The notes: generated by a model not told the origin, from the sequence alone. Shown: positions 27,643 to 38,231, numbered from the stretch's first letter. The stretch: DNA of 64,000 nucleotides from an uncultured Acidobacteriota bacterium (GCA_963783155.1 CAWANC010000018.1:237209-301208), one strand, 5' to 3'. Translations and numbers: made by a program.

Positions 27643-28756
27643 ATGTCTCGGATTTGGTTAGGTCTCGCCGTACTTGTGGCCGCAGGGGCGCTGAAGGGCT
27701 CGGCCCAGTCTGCCGCTCCTTCAAGCCAAACTGTTTTAAGCGCCGGCGTCAGTAACACCAAAATGGAAACCACCGACGATTGGAACCGCCGACTCCAGAG
27801 CCTGGTTCATTCGGCCCTCTCCAGCACCGAGGGCAACCCGTCGCCGGGTGATTACCGTATCGGCCCGAACGACCAGTTGCAGGTGACCGTTTTTGATGCG
27901 CCGGACCTGAGCCAGACTGTGCGGGTTGGGGGAGACGGCGAGATTTCATTGCCTCTGCTTGGGACCATCAAGGCTGTGGGGTTGACGCCGCGCGAACTTG
28001 AGCTGGTGCTGCAGGCGTTGCTGCGCCAAACCTACATGAAGGATCCTCAGGTGACCGTTACAGTCACCGAGATGCAGAGCCACAGCGTTTCAGTGATGGG
28101 GGCTGTCAAGCAACCCGGGGTGTTTCAGATTCGCGGGACCAAGACTCTCCTCGAAATGCTCTCCATGGCCCAGGGAATCGCGCCTGATGCTGGAAATGCA
28201 GTGCTGGTGATGCGAGGGGCTGGAATCGATGTAGGATTCTCCCTCGAGCGCCGGGACGAAAGCCGGCGCCGCAAACGGAACTCCTGTCTTGGCATCCTCC
28301 GTGTCTTCAGACAATGGAGGAGAGGGTAAGACGATTGAGGTGAGCCTGAAGCGGCTGCTGGATTCGGGAGACCCCCAGTACAACGTCCCTATCTATCCGG
28401 GCGACATCATCAAGGTCAAGGCAGCGGGCATCGTCTATGTGGTTGGCGACGTCTTACGGCCGGGTGGTTTCCCCATACAAGCCAACGGCCAGATTACGGT
28501 TTTGCAGGCGATTGCCTTGGGTGGCGGCATGGGGCCGGATGTGGACAAAGACAAAGCCAAGATTATTCGGGTTGCAGAGAACGGACAGAAAATCGAACTT
28601 CCTATCAAGCTGAACAAGATTCTGTCAGGAAAGCAACCCGACCCTACGCTCCAGCCCAAGGATGTTCTGTTTATTCCCAAAAATGGAGCCCAATCGGCTG
28701 GCAGGGGTGCCCTAAGGACGCTTTCACAGTGGTTGGTTTACCGAGCAATTCCATGA
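27643..28756 (+). CDS. wza: Outer-membrane polysaccharide export protein, Wza-like (Poly_export + SLBB); apparent frameshift near 28245
   Basis: Signal MSRIWLGLAVLVAAGALKGSAQS. YRIGPNDQLQVTVF...GDGEISLPLLGTIKAVGLTPRELE matches the Poly_export domain. The second ORF (28289..28756) carries an SLBB-like IYPGDIIKV...VYVVGDV..PG. Shifting frame at about 28245 joins ...GAGIDVGFS to SSAGTKAGAANGTPVLASSVSSDNGGEGKTIEV. Confidence 0.85.
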
Positions 28757-28796
28757 CTGGCGATGAAGACATTCCGGAACTGTTGGAGACTTTGAA

Positions 28797-31244
28797 ATGA
28801 GCTTAGAAAACAAAATTGAACTCTACAAGGGCGGAGTCCTGTCGAGGGTCCGAAAGCTTTCCGCGACGGTCGTGAACTCACACGCGCCGGAACCTGACGG
28901 GGATGTCGACCTGCATTACTTTCTGCGGGTACTGCGCGATCATTACCGCACAGTCATCATTTCGGGAGCCGCCCTCATGCTGGCGGCTCTGGTGGTTTCT
29001 CTCTTCATGACGCCGGTTTATCGCTCTCAGGCAACCATTGAGATCAAAGAGGCGACGCCGGATATCGAGAGTTTGCAGCAGTTGCAGAACAGGAGCGCGG
29101 CTCCCAATAACGTTGTTGTGACAGAAGTGGAGACAGAAATGGGGATCCTCAAAAGCGACACGCTGGCCCGGCAGGTGATCGACGAGGATATCCTGGCGAA
29201 AAAGGCCGGCCAGGGTTCTTCGACAGGGATGATCGCCGGCGTATGGCACGCCGTCGTCCACTGGTATACCGGGTCCAATCCCGAGGCTGCTTCTGCCCCG
29301 GCCGAGGATTCTTCCCTGCAGGCGGAGGCGGGCTCGGGTTCCGAAGCGGATCGCTCCATCGAGTCCGGGATGGATCCCAAGGCTTACCAGCGGCTGGTGG
29401 GCGGTTTTGACTCTTCGCTCAAGGTTTCCCGCGTAGGAAGCAGCCGGCTGGTCACGATCAGCTATGAAAGCAGTGACCCCCGCCTGTCCGCTCGCGTGGT
29501 CAATGCAGTGGTCGCACACTACCTGCAGTTGCACCAAAAGGCCACCGAGAAATTTACAAAAATGCTTGCCGAGCAAGTCAACGATGCGCGGACCGAATTG
29601 GAAAAGTCAGAGCGTAATATGACGCAGTATGCGCGCAGCAAAGGGCTGCTTTACCTGGATACCAACAATGGCACCTCGCAAAATGTTGTCAGTGAGCGCC
29701 TCCGCCAGCTCCAGGACCAGTTGACTACGGCCCAGGCAGACCGGTACCAGAAGCAGTCGGTCTACAACCTGGTCCAGAAGGGAAATTATGGTTCGCTGCC
29801 CGGGGTTTTCCAGGACAAGCTCCTGCAGACCCTGACGGAGAAGGTTGCCGACCTCAAGACTCAATATGCGCAGCTGTCTTCCACGTTCAATGACAGCTAT
29901 CCCAAGGTCAAACAGGTGAAGAGCCAACTCGAGGCGGCGGAGCAGACTCTGGCCCGTGAGCGCCAGCGTGCCGCCGGGAGTATCACCAATGATTACCTGG
30001 CGTCTGTCCGCCGTGAAGCTCTTCTGGCGCAGGCATTCCAGAACCAGAAATATGCGGCAAACCAGGTTGCGGACAAGTCCACTCAATACAACATATTGAA
30101 GCGTAATGCAGACTCCGATAACCAGCTTTACGAGAGCATTCTGCAAAAGGTCAAAGAAGCCAGCCTGGTGGCCCGGATCAAGGCCAACAATGTCAACGTC
30201 ATTGACCGGGCTGTGCCGCAATTCCTGCCCATCAAGCCAAAGATTGTGTTCAACCTGGCGCTGGGTCTGATTCTCGGCCTGGGGCTGGGGGTTGGAATTG
30301 CTTTCCTGCAGGCGCACTTTGACACCACCTTGAAAACCGTCGAGGAAATTGACCGCTTCCTGGGGCTGCCTGCCCTGGCGATGATTCCTGCCGTCGAATC
30401 GCTTTCTGAACTGGTTGTGGACGGGAACCATAACAACAATGGCCACGGTTTAGTGCTTCCCGATGTCTTCGATGCATCGCAGATGACAAGGTCGGAGGCT
30501 CCCTGGTACCGAATTGACAAACAGATCCAGCAGAAATACTCGCCGCTGGTCGAGGCCTTCCGGACGCTGGGAAGTTCAGTGATGTTGGAAGCTGTTGGCC
30601 GGAAGAAAGTGCTCCGGAGCATTGTGGTCACCAGTTCCCAGCCGGGAGAGGGAAAAACCACGGTGTCGGTAAACCTCGCCATCGCGCTGGCGCAGCAGGG
30701 GAACCGCGTCATTCTGGTTGATGCTGACCTTCGGCGTCCTTCTGTTCATCGGGCGCTGGGTTTCCGGAACATTCGCGGGCTGTCAGGTTACCTGTCGGGA
30801 TCGAACGATTGGGCTTCCTGTGTATTGCCGGGTCTTTCGCCGGGGCTGGACACTTTGCCTGCCGGGCGCGTGGCCATGAACCCGATCGCACTGTTGTCGT
30901 CCACGCGAATGAGAATCCTGATCGGCCAGCTGCTTGAAGAATACGACTATCTCATCATTGACTCTCCGGCGCTCATGCCCAATCTGATGGACGCGCGCGT
31001 CCTGGCCGGCCTGGTGGACGGCAGCCTCATGGTGGTTCGAAGCGGGATGGCGCCTCGGGACTTTGTCATCAGAGCGCGCAAGCAATTGACCAATGTGGTC
31101 GGAGTGGTTCTGAACAGCATGGACGTGCGGTCCATGGAGGACTACTACGGCTACGACTCATACGGATACGGCAATCCCAGCACCAGCACAGAGGGCGATG
31201 AAGAATCCGCCCGTACTCCGTACGAGAAACGGTTTGCAGGGTAA
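28797..31244 (+). CDS. wzc: Polysaccharide co-polymerase / tyrosine autokinase, Wzc/GumC-like
   Basis: 815 aa. It has a Wzz-like periplasmic coiled-coil region between two TM segments. The C-terminal P-loop kinase has SSQPGEGKTTVS (Walker A), ILVDADLRRPS (A') and YLIIDSPAL (B), with a Tyr cluster MEDYYGYDSYGYG. Confidence 0.9.
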   Translation: MSLENKIELYKGGVLSRVRKLSATVVNSHAPEPDGDVDLHYFLRVLRDHYRTVIISGAALMLAALVVSLFMTPVYRSQATIEIKEATPDIESLQQLQNRSAAPNNVVVTEVETEMGILKSDTLARQVIDEDILAKKAGQGSSTGMIAGVWHAVVHWYTGSNPEAASAPAEDSSLQAEAGSGSEADRSIESGMDPKAYQRLVGGFDSSLKVSRVGSSRLVTISYESSDPRLSARVVNAVVAHYLQLHQKATEKFTKMLAEQVNDARTELEKSERNMTQYARSKGLLYLDTNNGTSQNVVSERLRQLQDQLTTAQADRYQKQSVYNLVQKGNYGSLPGVFQDKLLQTLTEKVADLKTQYAQLSSTFNDSYPKVKQVKSQLEAAEQTLARERQRAAGSITNDYLASVRREALLAQAFQNQKYAANQVADKSTQYNILKRNADSDNQLYESILQKVKEASLVARIKANNVNVIDRAVPQFLPIKPKIVFNLALGLILGLGLGVGIAFLQAHFDTTLKTVEEIDRFLGLPALAMIPAVESLSELVVDGNHNNNGHGLVLPDVFDASQMTRSEAPWYRIDKQIQQKYSPLVEAFRTLGSSVMLEAVGRKKVLRSIVVTSSQPGEGKTTVSVNLAIALAQQGNRVILVDADLRRPSVHRALGFRNIRGLSGYLSGSNDWASCVLPGLSPGLDTLPAGRVAMNPIALLSSTRMRILIGQLLEEYDYLIIDSPALMPNLMDARVLAGLVDGSLMVVRSGMAPRDFVIRARKQLTNVVGVVLNSMDVRSMEDYYGYDSYGYGNPSTSTEGDEESARTPYEKRFAG

Positions 31245-31543
31245 GGATTTTGATGCGATCTGCAGCCCGGGCCTGTGCAATCGGGCGCACTGAGGTTGCA
31301 TCCGGTTGCGAGGAAAGAGCTGTTACGGCCTGACCGCAGCCAGGAGTAGAAGGATTCCCGTAAGGCTCCGGTGGTGTGAAGCCGGGGGATGATTCCAGAG
31401 TTGATTTTTGGGGACACAGACGGTGTGGCTCAGAGGGCGGAGCTGCGCCCCAACATCGGAACCCCTGCCTGGATTCAAAAATTGCCGAGGCGCCGTTTTG
31501 TGCTTCATGTGATCTTCAACGCTGCTATTGCCAGGTGAAACTT

Positions 31544-32686
31544 ATGCCACTTCGTAGTCTGCACAATCAACAGAATCCGGAACCGCTGGCATCATCATTG
31601 CCACAGGCGGGTCCGTTTGGTGTCGACGACTCCATCCCCGGCGAAAAACCGTTTGGGGAACTTCTCTGCCTGGAGCGGAGAAGGGCGGAGAGGTCGCGAA
31701 AGCCCTTTTTGCTGATGCTCCTTGACCTGCAAAAGGTCATGGTCAACGGCAACACTGGAAGGGTGATTGAAGACGTCTGGGCGTCTGTCTGTTCCTCATC
31801 GAGGGATTCGGATATCCGTGGCTGGTACTTGCAGGGATCTATCCTGGGCGTCATCTTCGTCGAAGTCAGGCAGGAAGGTCCGATATCCGTCAGCGACATC
31901 ATCCGCGCCAAAGTCATTTCAGCCCTTTCCAAACGCCTGGAAGCAGACGAAATCAACCGAATTGACATCCGGATGTACCTGCAGCCGGACAGCGCCTCCA
32001 ACTGGGAGAACTGGTCAGGGCTCTACCGTGATTTGAGGGAAAAAGAATCGGGCAGGAAGCTGCATCGCGCTGTAAAAAGGGGGCTCGATATCATTGGAAG
32101 CGCGACAGCCCTGTGCCTGCTTTCTCCCCTGATGGCACTCGTTGCGCTGCTGATTAAGTTGACCTCAGATGGCCCCATCCTCTTCCGGCAGTCGCGGGTG
32201 GGCTATCGCGGCGCTGCGTTCACTTTTTTGAAGTTCCGGACCATGCGTCACTCCAATGACGGGTCTGTGCACAAAGAATTTATTCAGCGATTTATTGCCG
32301 GCGAGATGAATTCAGCGGAGCCGGCTCCTGTCTACAAGATCAAGGCGGATCCGCGCATCACGCGGATCGGCAAATTCCTGCGAAAGGCCAGCCTGGATGA
32401 ATTGCCGCAGTTCTGGAACGTCCTGAGAGGCGAAATGTCATTGGTGGGGCCCCGGCCTCCCATTCCCTATGAAGTCGAATTCTACGACATCTGGCATCGG
32501 CGCCGGGTCCTGGAGGTCAAACCCGGCTTGACGGGTTTATGGCAAGTCAAGGGGCGCAGCCGTACGACGTTCAATGACATGGTTCGGCTTGATCTGCAAT
32601 ACGCGAAATCCTGGTCGATCTGGCTCGACCTCAAAATTTTGTTTGAAACGCCGCTCGCCATGATTTCCGGCGACGGAGCCTATTGA
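31544..32686 (+). CDS. Priming polyprenyl-phosphate sugar phosphotransferase (bacterial sugar transferase domain) with N-terminal degenerate GGDEF-like domain
   Basis: The C-terminus reads [45 protein letters not shown]...KFRTM......[37 protein letters not shown]. The N-terminus [26 protein letters not shown]...[19 protein letters not shown] aligns by eye to a GGDEF domain. The start is taken at ATG 31544. Confidence 0.9.
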   Translation: MPLRSLHNQQNPEPLASSLPQAGPFGVDDSIPGEKPFGELLCLERRRAERSRKPFLLMLLDLQKVMVNGNTGRVIEDVWASVCSSSRDSDIRGWYLQGSILGVIFVEVRQEGPISVSDIIRAKVISALSKRLEADEINRIDIRMYLQPDSASNWENWSGLYRDLREKESGRKLHRAVKRGLDIIGSATALCLLSPLMALVALLIKLTSDGPILFRQSRVGYRGAAFTFLKFRTMRHSNDGSVHKEFIQRFIAGEMNSAEPAPVYKIKADPRITRIGKFLRKASLDELPQFWNVLRGEMSLVGPRPPIPYEVEFYDIWHRRRVLEVKPGLTGLWQVKGRSRTTFNDMVRLDLQYAKSWSIWLDLKILFETPLAMISGDGAY

Positions 32687-32878
32687 AGACATACCACCTT
32701 ACCTGCCCGGCAAGTTGAACTCAACAGTTCAAACGTGCATGCCTCATGCTTCCCTCGGGTTTGTGCCTGAGGATGCGGGATCGGTGCGGCAGGAAGGCGG
32801 ACAGTCCGGGCCTATCGGCGGATGACTCGTTGGGGTTTTCCCAGGGTCAAGCCGCTACGGACAATACGGGGGTGAAAG

Positions 32879-33880
32879 ATGGTTGGAGTTGGAGTGATTG
32901 GTTACGGTTATTGGGGGCCTAACATCGTCAGGAATTTACAGTCCCTGGCTGGCGCCCGGCTTGTGGGTATCTGCGATAAGAACCCTGCGGCGTTGCGGCG
33001 CGCGGAGTCTGTGAATCACGGCACGCGGCTGCACAACAATCCACAGGATCTCTTTTCTTCACCGGATATTGACGCGATTGCGGTGATTTCGCCGGTTTGG
33101 ACGCATTATGAACTGGCCAAGGCGGCCCTGGAGAATGGGAAGCACGTCTTTGTGGAAAAGCCTTTTACGCGGACAGTTGCCGAGGCTGAGGAACTCATCG
33201 AGATTGCCCGAAAAAGGGACCTGAAGATCATGGTGGACCACACGTTCCTCTTTACGGGCGCGGTCCGAAAAATCCGCCAGTTGGTGGACGAAGGGACCCT
33301 CGGACCCCTCTATTACTACGACTCGATGAGGGTCAACCTGGGACTTTTCCAGCACGACGTCAATGTCGTCTGGGACCTGGCTCCGCATGACCTCTCTATT
33401 CTGGACCACCTGATCCGGAAAGACCCCGAGGCCATCATCGCCACGGGTGAACAGCACCTCAACGGGCTTGAAGACATCGCGTTCATTACGATTTATTTCC
33501 CCGGAAATGTGATCGCACACGTGAACGTGAACTGGCTTTCTCCCGTCAAGGTTCGGACCACCCTGATCGGTGGTGAGAAAAGGATGCTGGTCTGGAACGA
33601 TCTGGAGGCGGACGAGAAGATCAAGGTCTACGACAAGGGCGTTGAGATGGGCAATCGCGAGGGGGTCTATGACCTGCTCGTCAGCTACCGCTCGGGCGAC
33701 ATGTGGGCGCCCAAGTTGGAACAGTGCGAGGCCCTTCGCTCGGAACTTTCCTACTTCGTCAACTGCATCGAGAGTGGTGACACTCCCTTTAATGACGGGG
33801 AGTCCGGTCTGCGGGTCGTCAGGATGCTGGAGGCGGCCGAGAAGTCGCTGAAAGCAAAAGGAAAGGCTGTTTATCTATGA
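32879..33880 (+). CDS. Gfo/Idh/MocA sugar-nucleotide 3-dehydrogenase (WbpB/WlbA-like)
   Basis: VGVIGYGYWGPNIVRNL, HVFVEKPF, and the position directly before an acetyltransferase and a DegT aminotransferase. Confidence 0.75.
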   Translation: MVGVGVIGYGYWGPNIVRNLQSLAGARLVGICDKNPAALRRAESVNHGTRLHNNPQDLFSSPDIDAIAVISPVWTHYELAKAALENGKHVFVEKPFTRTVAEAEELIEIARKRDLKIMVDHTFLFTGAVRKIRQLVDEGTLGPLYYYDSMRVNLGLFQHDVNVVWDLAPHDLSILDHLIRKDPEAIIATGEQHLNGLEDIAFITIYFPGNVIAHVNVNWLSPVKVRTTLIGGEKRMLVWNDLEADEKIKVYDKGVEMGNREGVYDLLVSYRSGDMWAPKLEQCEALRSELSYFVNCIESGDTPFNDGESGLRVVRMLEAAEKSLKAKGKAVYL

Positions 33881-34380
33881 ACGACTTCGTTTGTGTTGCC
33901 CCTGATGTCAGGCTCGGAACGGGAGTGAAGCTTTCCAGGTTCGTCAATCTTTATGGCTGCGAAATCGGCGACGAGACCAAGATCGGCGCCTTTGTTGAAG
34001 TCCAGAAGAACGCCACGGTCGGGAAGCGCTGCAAGATTTCGAGCCACACCTTTATTTGTGAAGGCGTCACCATCGAAGACGGCGTGTTTGTCGGGCATGG
34101 AGTAACCTTCATCAACGACAGTTACCCCCGGGCGGCAAACCCGGATGGAACGCTGCAGACAGAAAAAGACTGGAAGGTTGAACGGACGCTGATCAAGAAG
34201 GGCGCGTCGATCGGCTCCGGTTCAACCATTCTTGCCAATGTGACTGTTGGAGAAAACGCCATCATTGGCGCCGGGGCAGTGGTGACGAAGGATGTCCCTG
34301 CCAACGTGATTGTGGTGGGCAATCCCGCCAGATTTTTGAGATCGATAGCCATGGGAGGAAATAATGGGCACACCCTATAA
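33877..34380 (+). CDS. Left-handed beta-helix N-acetyltransferase (WbpD/WlbB-like)
   Basis: Hexapeptide repeats (IGDETKIGAFVEV, VGKRCKISSHTFI, IGSGSTILANVTVGENAIIGAGAVV) and GNPARF. Its ATG overlaps the upstream stop. Confidence 0.85.
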   Translation: MNDFVCVAPDVRLGTGVKLSRFVNLYGCEIGDETKIGAFVEVQKNATVGKRCKISSHTFICEGVTIEDGVFVGHGVTFINDSYPRAANPDGTLQTEKDWKVERTLIKKGASIGSGSTILANVTVGENAIIGAGAVVTKDVPANVIVVGNPARFLRSIAMGGNNGHTL

Positions 34381-35584
34381 AGTACCGTTCCTTGATTTGA
34401 TTGGATTGCACGCGGAGATTGAAGAAGATCTCGTGGCTGTTTTCAGGCAGGCCCTGAAGACTGCCGGGTTCGTGGGCGGTCCGGAAGTGGAGCAGTTTGA
34501 AAAGGAATTTGCTCAGTACTGCGACGTTGATCATTGCGTGGGCGTCAACAGCGGCACCGATGCGCTGAGGTTTGCGCTGATCGCCGCGGGCGTGGGTCCC
34601 GGCGATGCCGTGGTGACCGTACCCAGCACCTTTATCGCCACCACGGAAGCGATTTCACAGGCGGGTGCTGTGCCGCGGTTTGTGGACGTGGATCCCCGGA
34701 CCTACAACATGGATGCCGGCCGGCTGGAAGGCTATCTGGCGAACAAGTGCTTTGTGGAGCGCACCAGCGGACGTCTGCTGGACCTTGCGACGGGCCAAGT
34801 GGTGAAGGCCATTGTCCCGGTCCATCTTTACGGCCAGCCTGTGGATATGGATCCGATCCTGGAGCTGGCGGAGCGGTACCATCTGGCGGTGATTGAAGAC
34901 GCCTGCCAGGCACACGGCGCGCAATACTTTTCAAGAAAGATGAAGCAGTGGAGAATGGCGGGCTCCATGGGGCTTGCCGCGGCATTCAGTTTCTACCCGG
35001 GGAAAAACCTGGGCGCCTGCGGCGAGGGCGGGGCCGTCACCACGAACGATCCCGAAGTGGCGCGGAAGGTCCGCATGCTGCGTGACCACGGCCAGCCCAG
35101 AAAATACTATCACGACATTGAAGGCTACAACGGCCGGCTGGACGCTATTCAGGCAGGGATTCTGCGCGTCAAGCTCAGGTCTCTCGCCGAGTGGAACGAG
35201 AAAAGGCGCGAGGCTGCTGCGCGTTACCGTGAATTGCTGGCAGATCAGCCTCTCATTTTGCCCCACGAACCGGAGTGGGCCAACGCCGTTTACCACCTGT
35301 TTGTTGTCCGGATCGAGAGCCGTAACGAGGCCATGGAATTTCTTTCTGAAGAGGGCATCGGGAGCGGAATTCACTACCCCATTCCGTTGCACCTTCAGAA
35401 GGCCTACAGCCATCTGGGTTATAAGGCCGGTGACTTTCCGGTGGCCGAGAAAACGGCTGAAGAGATCGTCTCCCTCCCGATGTTCCCAGGGATCACCGGC
35501 GAGCAGCAGCAGTTTGTGGCCGCCCGGCTGGGGCAGTTCGCCAATAAGCTGTCCGGCGACGAAGCGCGCGAAGCAGCCGCTTGA
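34364..35584 (+). CDS. DegT/DnrJ/EryC1/StrS-family sugar aminotransferase (WbpE/WlbC-like)
   Basis: FEKEFAQYCDVDHCVGVNSGTDALRFAL, VPVHLYGQP, FSFYPGKNLGA.GEGGA (PLP-Lys region), HLFVVR. Confidence 0.9.
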   Translation: MGTPYKVPFLDLIGLHAEIEEDLVAVFRQALKTAGFVGGPEVEQFEKEFAQYCDVDHCVGVNSGTDALRFALIAAGVGPGDAVVTVPSTFIATTEAISQAGAVPRFVDVDPRTYNMDAGRLEGYLANKCFVERTSGRLLDLATGQVVKAIVPVHLYGQPVDMDPILELAERYHLAVIEDACQAHGAQYFSRKMKQWRMAGSMGLAAAFSFYPGKNLGACGEGGAVTTNDPEVARKVRMLRDHGQPRKYYHDIEGYNGRLDAIQAGILRVKLRSLAEWNEKRREAAARYRELLADQPLILPHEPEWANAVYHLFVVRIESRNEAMEFLSEEGIGSGIHYPIPLHLQKAYSHLGYKAGDFPVAEKTAEEIVSLPMFPGITGEQQQFVAARLGQFANKLSGDEAREAAA

Positions 35585-35766
35585 TCGTATCTTCCGCGCC
35601 GGGACTTCGGTCCCGGTGCGAACCAAGGGGGCTGGAAAGCCCCCAACCGCAGTTCGAGGAAGTCATCTTCGAGGTGCTTTCTCTTCAGTCACCTTCATCC
35701 CGCGAGCTGATCGAAGGCTTTCTCGCGGTCAGGAATAAATAACCATCGTTATTGGAGGGATCCCAA

Positions 35767-36882
35767 ATGTTAAATGCCGGACAACGACAGGCCCCTGAGT
35801 CGGCAAGTAACGCTCAGGCAAAGACGAAGATATGGATTGACATGGACAATTCGCCCCATGTCCCTTTTTTCGTGCCCATTATTAAAGAACTCGAGGAGCT
35901 GGGCTATCCGGTCATGTTAACGGCGCGGGATTGCTTTCAGGTCCGTGATTTAGTCAACCTTTACAATTTGCCCTGTAAGTTTGTGGGGCGCCATTACGGC
36001 AAGCACAAACTGGCTAAGATTGCCGGCACCTTGTATCGTGCTGTGCGTCTGGCTTCTCTGCTTAGAGGTGAAGATGTGTGCCTTGCAGTGGCCCATGGGT
36101 CGCGCGCGCTGACGATTGCATCTTCTCTTCTGGGGATTCCGTCATTGAGCCTTTGGGATTATGAGTTTACCAAGGGCGTTGGAAGTCTTCATCCTGACTG
36201 GGTGATGGTTCCTGCGGTGATTCCGGATTCCGCGATTCACCTTGACGCTCACCGGGTGTTCAAATATCCGGGGATCAAAGAAGATGTCTATGTCCCCGGA
36301 TTCAGGCTCGATTCCGGAATGCGGGCCCGGTTGGGCCTGAAGGAAGACGACCTCGTGGTTACCGCCCGCCCGCCTGCCAATGAGGCGCATTACTACAACC
36401 CTGAGAGTGACCAGCTTTTTCGCGCGGCCATGGACTATCTTGCTGAGGACTGCGGCGCCAGGATTGTGCTGCTGCCGCGAAATGGCAAGCAGGGAGAAGC
36501 CGCCAAGGCGCTTTGGCCTGAGCTTTTTGCCGCGGGCAGGATCATCATTCCCGAACACGCTGTTGACGGCCTGAACCTGCTCTGGAGTTCTGATCTGGCC
36601 ATCAGCGGCGGCGGCACGATGAACCGGGAGGCAGCGGCCCTGGGCGTTCCCGTTTACAGTGTTTTCCGCGGAAAGATTGGCGCGGTTGACCACTACCTAG
36701 CGCAAAACGGCCGCCTGGTTCTCCTGGAAAAGATCTCCGATATTCGCGAAAAGATCGTCGTGCCGAAGAAGGCGCGTCGGCGGGCGCCTGCCCAACGCCA
36801 ATCCCATACTTTGAGAACGATTGTTGACAACCTTGTTGCCATCATTGAGACGGGAAGGCTCAGCCAGAAAGTGGCGGCGTGA
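35767..36882 (+). CDS. DUF354-family protein (GT-B-like fold, function unknown)
   Basis: KIWIDMDNSPHVPFFVPIIKELEELGYPVMLTARDCFQVRDLVNLYNLPCKFVGRHYGKHKLAKI matches the characteristic DUF354 N-terminus. ATG 35767 is preceded by GGAGGG. Confidence 0.7.
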   Translation: MLNAGQRQAPESASNAQAKTKIWIDMDNSPHVPFFVPIIKELEELGYPVMLTARDCFQVRDLVNLYNLPCKFVGRHYGKHKLAKIAGTLYRAVRLASLLRGEDVCLAVAHGSRALTIASSLLGIPSLSLWDYEFTKGVGSLHPDWVMVPAVIPDSAIHLDAHRVFKYPGIKEDVYVPGFRLDSGMRARLGLKEDDLVVTARPPANEAHYYNPESDQLFRAAMDYLAEDCGARIVLLPRNGKQGEAAKALWPELFAAGRIIIPEHAVDGLNLLWSSDLAISGGGTMNREAAALGVPVYSVFRGKIGAVDHYLAQNGRLVLLEKISDIREKIVVPKKARRRAPAQRQSHTLRTIVDNLVAIIETGRLSQKVAA

Positions 36883-36976
36883 GCCTCAGCATGAAGCGCC
36901 TGGGGAGCTGCCGGCCATCCTCGACGATTTGAGCTTCGCACCTGGACGCCGGAATACGAATCGAGCCCACAACACT

Positions 36977-38229
36977 ATGACTACTGGAATCCTGTCAACG
37001 CAATCCGATCTCCCGGTGAGAAACCTGTGTGAAAATGCAGTCCGCAAGCTGGTGGACTACTGCCACGCAAACAACTGGGCCGGGTACGATCCGTACGATG
37101 CTCTGAACAGCAGGGTCTTTGGAATTCTGCCCTTCCTGAATTCCCGTTTCCCGCGGCTCGCCCTGACCCAGGCTTTGAAGAGAAGTCCCATCAACCTCCG
37201 GCGGCCTTTGCTGGTTCAGAAAGCCCAGAACCCGAAGGCGATGGCGCTCTTCCTGTCGGCGTTCGTCAAGCTGTCAGGCGCCAGCCTTGTGGATGCTGGA
37301 ACCTCTGGCAGGGTTGATGATCGAGCGGCTGATTGCGCTTCGATCTCAAGGCACGGATTACTGGTGCTGGGGGTACAGTTTCCCCTGGCAAATGCGCAAG
37401 GGTATTGTTCCGAGGTGGGCCCCGAATCTGGTCTGCACCACCTTCGCGGCGAATGCGCTCCTGGATGTCTATGAAAACTTCCAGGACACTCGATGCCTGG
37501 AAATGGCCTCGAGCGCCGCGGAATATATTCTGAATGACCTCTACTGGACCCGGGGAGAAATTGTCGCCGGTTTCAGTTACCCGCGGGCTGACCTTCAGGT
37601 CCAGGTCTATAACGCCAACTTCCTGGCCGCGGCCCTATTGTGCAGGGTGTACCGGCACACGGGAGAGAGACGATTTCTGGATCCTGCCCTCACCGCCGCC
37701 CGTTATTCGGCGGCCATGCAGTTTTCCGATGGCTCCTGGACCTACGGAGAAATGAGCACCCAGCAATGGATTGCCAATTTTCACACTGGATTCAACCTGG
37801 GTGCGCTCCGGTCCATCGGGCGTTATGCCGGAACCAGCGAGTTCGATCCCTATCTCCGGCGAGGCCTTGATTTTTACCGGTCCCATTTCCTGTGTGAGGA
37901 CGGTGCGGTGAGATATTTTCATGATCGCACTTATCCCATCGACATCCATTGTGTGGCGCAGTCCATCATCACGCTCATGGAACTGGAAGACCTGGACCCC
38001 GCCTGCGTCGACCGAGGCCCAGTCGGTTTTCCAATGGGCTATGAACCACATGTGGGATGACCGGGGCTTCTTCTATTATCGCCGGCTCCGTCACTGGACA
38101 AACCGTATTTCCTATATCCGTTGGTCGCAGGCCTGGATGCTGCTGGCCATGGCCACGCTGCTGTCCCGGCCCGGCGAAACCGGCTCTCTGCCGCAACCCC
38201 TTCAGGCGGCGGCTCCCGTAGAGGTTTAA
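36977..38229 (+). CDS. Uncharacterised protein, probably six-hairpin (alpha/alpha)6-barrel type (polysaccharide epimerase/lyase-like?); two apparent frameshifts
   Basis: Three ORFs (36821.., 37287.., 37921..) join seamlessly. The sequence runs ...NWAGYDPYDALNS..., then shift about 37285, then LEPLAGLMIERLIALRSQGTDYWCWGYSFPWQ...YNANFLAAALLCRVYRHTGERRFLDPALTAARY...DGSWTYGE..., then shift about 38000, then TEAQSVFQWAMNHMWDDRGFFYYRR. The repeated helical-hairpin motifs suggest the fold. The functional call is weak. Confidence 0.4.
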
Positions 38230-38231
38230 TC

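Noticed and set aside
32729-32750. Small hairpin TTGAACT-caac-AGTTCAA after the priming transferase
   Set aside because: It is a 7-bp AT-rich stem with no U-tract, and the operon evidently continues. It is not convincing as a terminator.
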